From: Azolla caroliniana
Taxonomy: Eukaryota > Plantae > Polypodiophyta
NCBI GenBank assembly: GCA_043228905.1
Contig: JBHGNT010000016.1
Coordinates: forward strand, 15,934,001-15,998,000
Reading direction: 5' to 3'
Length of the DNA stretch: 64,000 nt
Below, piece after piece: positions 53,559 through 64,000 of this stretch. The translations under genes were made by a program, and so were the position numbers. A model generated the notes under the pieces. The model had not been told where the DNA came from. It did no database searches and was given only the letters and a program-made list of their open reading frames with translations. Positions within the stretch are counted from its first letter, which is position 1. The number at the start of each line of letters is the position of its first letter.

Positions 53559-54669
53559 TATAACACACATGTTTGAGCTATATCAAGAACATGGACAACT
53601 CTCTTGTGTGTGTGTGTGTGTCTAATTATCCACATGTTTGAGTAGTAAGAAGATTGACGACCTCTCCGTCGATACGAACGTTATAAGGGCCAACACGTTT
53701 CCTTCTCTTATGGTTCCAAGTACTCGGTGATCACCAGGAGTACATATGCTCCTTCTACGTTGACTAAACTATGAGAAGAAAATGAAGTAGATCAAGCCAA
53801 CATATTATTGTCGTATAGCAAAATCATAGTTTTCTTGTGTTTATGAGCATTGACTTTGAGAAATGATTATTATTGGAAATGTTGACAATGGCACAATGGT
53901 GATAAAGCTTGATGTTTCAACGATCTCCCCACTCTCTTTATACTCTCTTCTTGTTGTTCTTTATCTCCATACTTCATTGTTCATGAGTTCAAGTGGTCTA
54001 CACTTCCTATTCTTACAAAACTACAATATCCTCGTTTCTATTCGACCTCAGGTTCATAAATGTGAAGAGGGAGTGAATCTAGGGCTTGGACGGCCTTGAA
54101 CTCATCTCGGGAATCTCGGATGATCAAGGCCGTCCAAGCACAAATAAAAATAAAAACAAATAAAAACAAATAAAAAAAAATAAAAAGCAAAAAAACATTA
54201 AAAAACAAAAATGAAAAGTAAGAGAGAGAAAACTATTTTGGGGTCTATTTGGGGGAAATTCAAAATCGTGAATTTTTGTGTCTTCTTCTCTGTTTCCTCG
54301 CTTCTCTGTTTCCTCGTCGAGCACCCTGATTTCTTTATCATACGCAAGAATAACCTAATTTCTGTGTCTTCTTCTCTTTATCACAAGCAAGAATCACAGG
54401 TGTGCAAATAAACTTTTCTCCACTTATGAACATGATGGATTTCTATTTTACCCCATACATATTTATGCTTTTTTCTGTTTTTTCATTTAGGGTTCAAAAT
54501 CGACATATTCTGTGTCTTCTTCTCTCTTTCCTCGTCGACCACTTCTCTATCGCAACTTGCAAGCAAGAATCACAGGTATGTAAATGAAACTTTTCTCTTT
54601 TTATTTCTATGATTTTCTTTTGTTTTACCTCATACATATTTATGTTTTTTCTGTTTTTTCATTTGAACA

Positions 54670-54850
54670 TTTTTATGTCTCAATATCATGAGATAATGAA
54701 AACATATAATGTTTGGTGACATAATAATGAAAACAGAGAAAAAAATAGAAATCATAGAAGAATGATTTCTATTTTTTTCTCTGTTTTCATTATTATGTCA
54801 CCAAACATTATATGTTTTCATTATTATCTCATGATATTGAGACATAAAAA
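54670..54850. repeat. Near-perfect inverted repeat (hairpin, ~86-bp arms, ~6-nt loop)
   Basis: TTTTATGTCTCAATATCATGAGATAAT...AGAAATCAT and ATGATTTCT...ATCTCATGATATTGAGACATAAAA, differing only by a small indel. Confidence 0.9.
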
Positions 54851-56214
54851 GGGAAATAGTAATTTGGTAAAGTGAGATAGGAGAAGTGATATATGAAACA
54901 TGATATTGAGACATAAAGAGGGAAACAGAAAATTGGTAAAGAGAGATAGGAGAAATGAGCACTATGAGCACATACTAGAAAGATATTGAGTAAAACATGC
55001 ACTTATATTCCCTTTTACCAAATTTTGTTTGCATACTTACTCTTGCTTTTATTTTCGTGGTTTCAATCTTTAATGTCAAACTTGAATATTATGTGTGTTT
55101 AGGGGCATGAACGATGTTCGACTTAAATAGAAGTCCATCACATTGTTCTACCTCTTATGCAATTGAGGAACACGATACGAATGCTTCGCATGATGCATGA
55201 GATCTGTTCAGACTATGGTGTGATTCAGTTTTGCCAGGTTTGATTCTCATTCCTAAATCTATATTGTTTCTCATTTGCAGCTTTCGTATTTGTACATTGT
55301 TGACTGGTAACCTTGTTTGGTGCCTTTTGTAGGTTCATGGGCATGAGAAAATTTGGATGCCTTTTTCCAACTCGGATATTTATCGACAATTTAAATTTTG
55401 GATTATATTGTAAATACACAAACTCTGAATAGTGTATCTTCAGTCTCAACTTCTATAAATACACAATCTGCCATATTGTATCTTCAATTACAATTTTTGT
55501 AAATACTCAAACTCGAATATTGTGTATTGAGTGTTATGTAATGGTTTCATGCGTTAATGACATATTTGCGTAAACTTTCTTCACTTTGTATCTTCACTTT
55601 TGAATATATTTATGTTGTGTGGTCATGTATGGTTTTATGCAATGATGCATTGCGTGAGATATATGTAGTATGGTCTTGTCTAATTCCTGAAATGATCTCT
55701 TTGGTAGGCACACAATTTGTTAAAGTTTTAAATTTCATGCATCGATTCATTGGAGAGCTACGTAATATGCATCATTAAGTCTTATTAATGTCTATGTTAT
55801 ATATGTGAAGCTCAGAAGGATGCTTTTTTGATAGTGATTATTTAATGTTTGAACTCTTGTTTGAGGTTGTTCTTTGGAGATCCATTTGAAGCAACCAATC
55901 ATCTGTATGAAATGTATGGTAATGATGTTAAGACACAAAGGGATGATAAAGGACTCTTTCTATTGTTCAACCTTCAGAAATTATAGTGTTGTAAGGGTGA
56001 ACCTTTATCAACAGGTGAAGGGCCTTGAAACAATCAACAAATTTGCAGCACCCTAACACAGTTTGAATTTTGATTGCATTATAACTCTTGCATAGGACTC
56101 TTGCATAGGAAGGAAATTTGTGAGAGCTCATTATTGTAATTGTGGCAAAGCAAAACAAATTCCTTTTGCATCCATGTTGCTTTAGGAAGTGCTAATGATG
56201 TCAACCTGGGTTCC

Positions 56215-56261
<47 letters not shown>

Positions 56262-57188
56262 GTTGGCTAAATTTAAAGCAGAGGTATGCTTGTTCTTTGA
56301 AAAAATATATGAGAGCATGGAAGCTGCCTATGCTTGACATTCTCATGGTATGCTGCTTTTGGTGTCCTTAGATGACAACTGAGCACATCTCCCATTCCAA
56401 GAACCATGAACTGAATTATGTTTGTTTGCTTACAATTGTAACACCGACTCTTTCTATTGAATAGAAATTTGGGGACCGAGCCTTCATAGGATACATAACT
56501 AGACAATATAGGGGAATGGTTGCCTTCATGATAAGGAGCGATACATCAATGCCCCATGATATTATTTGAGCATATATGAAAGCAGACCCTATTGTGACCA
56601 TGGTGATTGGTGTCCAATGTATTTGGGAGATCTTTATGCAAGGGTACTCAAGATGGGCGCTTACATAATCAAAACAAAATGCTAGGTATGTAGGTACTCA
56701 TTATTGGTATACTCATGCAAGAATGTTTTCAATGATGTATCACATGGCAGCTCAAAACCTCTTCACATCCAATAGAAATAGATTTAGCCAGATATGCAGG
56801 TCTACAGAACACCTCTATAGAACAGATCTGCCAATCATATAGTTGGGAACTGGAGTCAGGAGAGAACCATGTTTTCTCTTGTGTCGTCTTCAAACAGAGC
56901 TTTGATTAACTGCGCTAAGTTAATAAAATACAAAGACTAACAGAGGTTAGCCCTGTTCTTGTTAGAACGCAAGAGACATACGAGATGTTGTTGAACAACA
57001 ATACAACCAAAATAGCTCATCAACTCAGAACAGTCAGTCACGGCTTCCTCATTAAAACAAGGATGTGTCGATGCATCTTCGTTTCCTCAATGAGCTAAGG
57101 GAGCTCATGGGTAGAGTGGTCTCTATTCCAAGGTTATTTAGGGGGTATCGATGAGGATGGGAAGCATCATGAAGATGGGCGGTTAAGT

Positions 57189-57447
57189 GAGGGAAAGAGA
57201 GAAAGGGATTTGAACATGAGAAAGAGATTTCAAGTGCCCTATATGCATATAGAAAGAGCTGCATTCTTTTGCTTGTTTCAACTCTGATTTGGGGGAGGGA
57301 AAGAGAGAAAGGGATTTGAACATGAGAAAGAGATTTCAAGTGCCCTATATGCATATAGAAAGAGCTGCATTCTTTTGCTTGTTTCAACTCTGATTTGGGG
57401 GAGGGAAAGAGAGAAAGGGATTTGAACATGAGAAAGAGTTTCAACTC
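57189..57447. repeat. 106-bp tandem repeat (about 2.4 copies) inside the MULE
   Basis: Units start at 57189, 57295 and 57401. Confidence 0.9.
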
Positions 57448-58651
57448 AGAGAAAGAAAACGCAAAGAAAGGGAAGGGAAAGAGAAAAATAAAAATAGAGA
57501 AAAGAAAATGCAGAGAAATGCAAGGGAAATAGAGAAATAAAAATAGAAAACCATAGAGAGAGAGGGGATTTTCACACACAATTTTGAATTTCCCCCAAAA
57601 AGTTTTCTCTCTCTTCTTCTTCTTTTTCTATTTTTCTACTTTTTTTACTTTCTTCGAGGTCTTTTTCTTTTTTTTTGCTTTATCTTTTTTTCTGTGCTTG
57701 GACGGCCCTGATCATCCGAGATTCCCAAGAACAGTTCAGGGTCGTCCAAGCCCTAGATTCACTCTCTCTTCACATTTATGAACCTGAGGTCGAATAGTGA
57801 CGAGCACTACAATATACCCAACATTCACTTCTGAAATAGGAGATGCCTCAAGAAACTATTGTATTCCCAATATTGACTTCGGAAAAAGACGATGCCTTAA
57901 ATAACTACCTAATTCCAAGGTTGACATTGGCAATTATTGGGAGCCTTAAAGGACTACCTATCACCATCATTGACATTGGCATATGAGATACCTTTTGCAC
58001 TCAATGAAGAGGATGCCTTACATATCATACCCACTTTTGAGATTATTACTAAATTCTATGCCACTTCCATGTGCGATTCAGTAGAAGCTCTATTTAAAGA
58101 AAATCTCATCTCTTGTATAAGGTTTTGTTTACTTTTCATTCCTATATAAGGGGCATATGTCAACGTACTTTTGTACCAACTAAACAAAATGTTACAAAAT
58201 GAAACTTCATTGATCTAATTAAAAATGTTGAGCAAAGTGTCTAATCCATGCCAGAAATTTTCATGTTTCTCATTATCCTAACCAAAATTAATAAATTTTA
58301 ACTAGCCATTTTCCAACTAGTTATAATGTTAACTGTAAGTCTTGAAATTTCAAAATTTCTCATTACATACCAAATCAATAAATTGCAGAATTAAGGATCC
58401 AAAAGTATGTGCATACAGTATATAACCTAAAAATTGCAAAATTTTCTAGTCTGGAACTTTTGCAGATTCTAAATTTTGCTAAATTCCAAGTGATATGCAA
58501 TCGACATGTCATTGCTATGTTGAGCAAAATCTATTACGAACTAGAAAGTACACCACACCGGTCACGAAGAAGAACGCATCCACAAAGGACATCGAGTAAC
58601 TAAAGAGACATACAATAGTGCACTAGAAGAAGAAGCCAACACATGGAAAGG

Positions 58652-59879
58652 TATAAAAGAATACGTTTGCGGAAGCGTGTGCGAAAGACACCGAGAGTAC
58701 ACAGTCGGTGTTCGGAAATTCGACGGTAAGGAATACACAGAGAATGGTGAGAGAGAAAGAGACATAGAGAGGAGACAACAAAATTCTATTTCGAATAATG
58801 AACACTTTGTACATACACCGTGCTTAGTGAGCACTTTTTATACAAGCCCTGACAAGTGAGTTGACACAAGTACCATCAGTACTTGAACGCTCATAAATGA
58901 GCCAAACACTAATTCTTCCTACAATACTTCTATTTACTATAATAGGAATATAGGCCCTCAACGGCCTTGGAATCCTTCCAACTTGACTCACCCGACTCTC
59001 GGCTCTCGGCTTCTTCAGCCAATTGGGTCCATGTTCAGCTTGTCTCTCAAGCTCAACTTGAGGTTCCGCCGTGTTAGGTCTGGCTGGTTCATCACACATG
59101 ATGTGAAGTAGTACAAAACTCTACTCGTTGCCTATTCCCAAGTCGGGAAATCTGTCTATGTCGATTACGGTGATGCATCATTAGCTCCTTCGACATTACT
59201 CCAGTAACCATGACCAAGCAGGTACTGCTGCATCTTGTAAGACCAACTTGATGGATAGTTGCTCCTGTCGGGCTTTTCGGTGGGAAGCGAGCTTCCCATT
59301 CCTTTGTCCATGTTCCTGTCTTTGTTTTTCCGTAAACGAGAAGCCTGGTCTCTGTCTTGTTCGCTTGCTTTTTTGTCGGCCGTAGAGAGGTCTCAACCTT
59401 GCATTCTGATACCATGTAAAAGACTACATTTGCGGAAGCGTTTGTGAAAGACATGGACGGAGTACATAGTCGGTGTTCAGAAATTCGATAGTTAAGTATA
59501 CACAGAGAATGGTGAGAGAGAGAGATAGAGAGAGCAGAAAACAAAATTCTATTTCGAATAATGAACACTCTGTACATACACTGTGCTCAGTGCACAGTTT
59601 TTATACAAGCCCTGATGAGTGGGCTGACACAAGTACCATTAGTACTTGAATACTCATATATGAGCTAGACACTAATTCTGCCTACAATATTTCTATTTAC
59701 TATAATAAGAATATAGGCCCTCAATGGCCTTTTGGAATCCTTCTGACTTCACTTAGTCGGCTCTTGGCCCTCGACTCTCGGCTTCTTTAACCGATTCGGG
59801 CCTACTCGATCGATCTCCAATTGATTTGGCTCTCGGTTTCTTCAATTGATTCAGCCCATATTGAGCTTGTCTCTCAACA
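58652..59879 (-). mobile_element. TRIM-like internally deleted Copia derivative, 1.2 kb
   Basis: LTRs 58652 to ~59049 and 59415-59879; TSD AAAGG; PBS 59405-59414. The internal part encodes only MDKGMGSSLPTEK..YLLGHGYWS..SRVLYYFTSCV, matching the gag at 8755. Confidence 0.9.
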
Positions 59880-60159
59880 AAAGGCAAACCAATGGGCGGC
59901 CTAGTGTGAAATGAGCATACTCACAATGTAAAATTGATAAAATCTACCTTGTGGTGACTTTTTAGCCCGGGGGCTTCATTGTTAAAACTTGTACGATAGC
60001 ACGTGAGTTCATCAAAAAGGGTTTAAATGAGCCATTCAGGTACAGAATGTATATATATAAGGGTATTAATAAATATTTGAAATATATATTTAGATAAAGG
60101 TATTATCAATTATACTAGAAAAAAAATTACATAAGCCCATGAAATATTAGATATTTTAA

Positions 60160-61349
60160 TGAGATAGTAAACAAGTATTATGCAAACAATACTCAAATTT
60201 GGAGTAGCATATATACATATACTCTTTCATACATACATACATACATATACATGCATGTATGCATATGTACCTATATTCAAACATTACATCCATGAATATG
60301 TATATACATGCATTACACCGATTTATACATGCATACTTGACTACGTAAATATATGTACAAATATATATTACCATGTGTAAATATTTACATACACATACAT
60401 AAATACATTGCATACTACATATATAAATACATGCATACATACATACATATGCATGTATGTATGCATGTATGTATATATATGTATGTATGTAAAATCAGCC
60501 ATATATATATATATCAGAATCAACCATATATATTGATATATATATATATATACTACACATTTTTACAAACATATTTTATATAGTACATATTACACACATG
60601 TATCATTATACACACAATTATATGCAACTGCATATATTATACATACCAAACACAAAAAATATGCTCAAATAAATAAATTACATATTATATATATATATAC
60701 ATACACATACATATCAATACATAAGATTACATATTATATGTCTTACAAATAACACATACAAACAAGTTACATATATTATATATGTATATACACACACACA
60801 CACAGATAATTTAATAAATTAGATATTAGATATCATATAGTCCATATATATTACACAATAAACAAATTTACATACACATACATACATACATAGATATATT
60901 AAATATAGACATACATATTCCACATATCACCATATATATAGATAATACAAAACCATGCAAACTACATTACTTACATATATACACACACATTAGATATATG
61001 TATACTTACACATACATCCATATACGAGCCCCGAAAATATACATACATAAATACATTACATATATACACACACATTAGATATATGTATACTTACACATAC
61101 ATCGGATATATACATGCATATTACATACATACATCCATATACGAGCCCCGAAAATATACATACATAAATACATTACATATATACACACACATTAGATATA
61201 TGTATACTTACACATACATCGGATATATACATGCATATTACATACATACATCCATATATGAGCCCCGAAAATATACATACATAAATACATTACATATATA
61301 CACATACATACATACATTCATACATGTACATACATATCACCATATACAC

Positions 61350-61381
<32 letters not shown>

Positions 61382-62425
61382 CATACATACATTAAATATA
61401 TACATACATATTACAAACAGACATCCATGCACGTTGACATATGTATATATGCACATACACATACACATACACATACATACCTTACATATGTTACTATGTA
61501 CATACATATTCCACATATATACATACATATTACAAACACACATCCATGCACATTGACATATGCATATATGCACAGACATTTAGACATTACATATGTACAT
61601 ACATATTACATATATATACATGCAATATACATACACACACATTGGATATATGTATACTTACACATACATTGGACATATACATATATATTATGTGTATATT
61701 GCAAACATACATCCTTATATGAGCCATACACATACTAAACACAAAAATACCCTGAAATTATACATACATAAATACATTACATATTACATACATATATACA
61801 TATACATACATTCGTACATGTACATGTACATACACATATTCATTTATACATTGCTACATGTATATACGTACATATGCCTACAATGCTACACATAAATTTT
61901 ACAAACATACATCCATACACATATATACATACATTACATATGTACATAGATATCATCACATATGCACACACACACATGGTCATACACGTTATAATAGAAC
62001 ATATATACATACGCATACATACATTAGATATATACATAGATATCGTGCACATATTATAATCACACATCCATATAAATTGAATCGTGTACATTGACATATG
62101 TATATATGCATACACATGTACATTCGTACATGGACATATGTACATTAACACATGGACATACATATATTCATTTATACATTGCTACATATACATACACATA
62201 CATACATTAGATATTTACATAGATATTATGCACACGTTACAATCACAAATCCATACACATTGAATCATGTACATTGACATATGCATATACGCATACATAC
62301 ATACATTACATATGCATACACATATGTACATTCATATGCAACATACACATATGCAATCACACATGCCATACACACAATACATACAACACAATATGTACAT
62401 ACATACAATATATACAATACAATAC
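60160..62425. repeat. Degenerate (AT/AC/ATAC)n low-complexity tract with ~118-bp higher-order repeats
   Basis: Units containing GAGCCCCGAAAATATAC at ~61025, ~61143 and ~61260; strong G depletion on the + strand. Confidence 0.9.
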
Positions 62426-62879
62426 TGTAAACGTGAGTGTTTGCGGAAGCGTAAAACAGAGAACAACACACACAGAGAGAGAGAGAGAGAGAGCAGAACG
62501 TAATTTCCAAAATTATATCAAGACTCTGTCACTACACACTGTGCTAAGTAGCACTATTTATACAAGTCCTCTTGGGACTGACAGAAGTACCATGTACTTC
62601 AATGCTCACACGAGCATCTGACACTTACTACGAGACTATAGCTACCTAGTAGTCTATCCTATACTAGGCTTCCGATTGGACTACCGGTTACGGATTGCAC
62701 CCGGCCTCCACTGCTTGCCGGTTCGGTTGCTCACCGTCATACTGATCCGTTTCGCCCGATCCGTCTCGCTTACCGGCTCAGGCTTATTCAGCCGATCCGG
62801 CTCCGGTTGAGCTTGCCGCTCAACACTCCCCCTCAAGCTCAACTTGAGGTGGGGTCGTAGTGTCGACCTCTGTGGCAGC
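62426..62879 (-). mobile_element. 3' LTR (62426-62825) and PPT of a Copia from the same family group as 8226-14858
   Basis: TGTAAAC..TTGCGGAAGCG..CTCAACA followed by CTCCCCCTCAAGCTCAACTTGAGG, the reverse complement of 14432-14455. Confidence 0.85.
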
Positions 62880-64000
62880 TGTTGGCCGGTCAGAAGAGCA
62901 AGGACAAGTGGGAAGGCGGAATCAGATCGGATAATAGGAAGTAAATAATAGTAAAATTATTATTCGGAGGGACGGATCCGGTACAGTTGTACCGATCCGG
63001 ATCCGGACCGATTCGGATGTCGGTTGCCTAAGCACACCGATTGTAACCTTGCCGGATGCCTATAAAAGGATCCGATGATTTGTAAAGTGTTTTGACGGAA
63101 GTAATACAATAGTGATTATTGCGTATTTATCTGTATCTTGTATTGTTTGCCATCCGTGCTTAATTGTAATCATCTTATGCGTGTAACCTAGCATCCAATC
63201 CTTACCACCCCTTTGGAGAAGTGTCGGATAGACACCTGTGTTGAGGCTAGTCCGGCGAGACAGACAACACTATTTTGGCGACCACGATTCCTGCAAAGTG
63301 CAGAGGACAACCGGGGGATGGATGTCTAGACCAAACGACGACCACATCACCGAACGAGGGAGACGATACACCGAACGCGAGCAACGACGGGAAGCCCTGC
63401 AGCAAGCCGTCGACGAGATCCGGCGGGATCGGTCATTCTCCAAAACTCTTCGGAGAGTCGCAGAAGAAGCACTGCAGTTCCGGGTTCTGCAAATCCCCGA
63501 CGAAGGCAGTAGCATAACAAGCCTGCAAGAGGCGGAAACGATACTGCAGACGCTCGCCACGGGCGACGGGGACTCAGAAGCATTCGCAACACTTGAGGCG
63601 GAGTCAGAAAGCGATGGAAGCGTTGCATCCCGGTATAAAAGTAGCCACGACACACCAAACGACCGGGAGGACGAGGGGTCGGACGACTCAGTAACACCGG
63701 CGCCAGAGGAAGAAATAACCCTGGAATTCGGTGATCGGCAACCGCCGAGGAAGGCTGAGCGGATACCGACAACACCCGCGGAGGAACCAACGGACCGGAC
63801 ACCGGCAACACCCGCGGAGGAACCAAAGGTTCTCACACCAACGCCAACAGCGGACAGAGAGCGGAGGGAACAGGACAGTCAGTTGGACGACACGATGCCG
63901 TACCCATACCCAAAGTACCGGGATGAGGCCGACGCGGAGGCACACGTGTACGCATTCCTCCAAACATGGGAAGCCAACCATGTCTCCCAAAGATTGACGG
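62880..64000 (+). mobile_element. 5' end of a Ty3/Gypsy element (LTR 62880-63269, PBS, gag from 63322) running off the window
   Basis: TGTTG...CAACA LTR with TATAAAA; PBS TGGCGACCACGA at 63276 (tRNA-Arg-like). The frame is open from ATG 63322 to the window end and includes the gag motif YPKYRDEADAEAHVYAFLQTWEAN. Confidence 0.85.

Larger units (their letters stand above)
54030..57805. mobile_element. Non-autonomous Mutator-like (MULE) element, 3.8 kb
   Basis: 113-bp TIRs (54030-54142, 57693-57805); 10-bp TSD ACTACAATAT (54020-54029/57806-57815); empty site in unit A at ~3376-3386; no transposase ORF. Confidence 0.88.

Noticed and set aside
60156-62621. Many His/Tyr/Ile-rich ORFs
   Set aside because: Artefacts of low-complexity AT/AC repeats.

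Overview
Repeat-rich land-plant nuclear DNA, probably from a non-seed plant (inferred from the retrotransposon types present). The host genes form a tandem array of three minus-strand G-type (bulb) lectin S-domain receptor-like kinases. Two look intact and each has one GT-AG intron (40909-44088, 50166-53465); the third is a deleted, LTR-disrupted pseudogene (914-2838). Nested transposons fill the space between them. The largest is a 22-kb Sola2-like DNA transposon (3729-25993; GGG termini, 27-bp TIRs, ATAT TSD, empty sites visible in both paralogous units). It carries a spliced DDD transposase, a convergent multi-exon RING-finger accessory gene and intronic arrays of the palindrome TTAGTACTAA. 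Two full-length Copia elements are nested in it, one holding a solo LTR with tRNA-derived Pol III boxes. Also present: a Ty3/Gypsy with 4-bp TSD, tRNA-Trp PBS and a candidate -1 frameshift site; a MULE-like element with an internal hairpin; duplicated TRIM-like Copia derivatives; several decayed LTR remnants; and a 2.3-kb AT/AC low-complexity tract. All calls come from reading the sequence by eye; no database searches were run.
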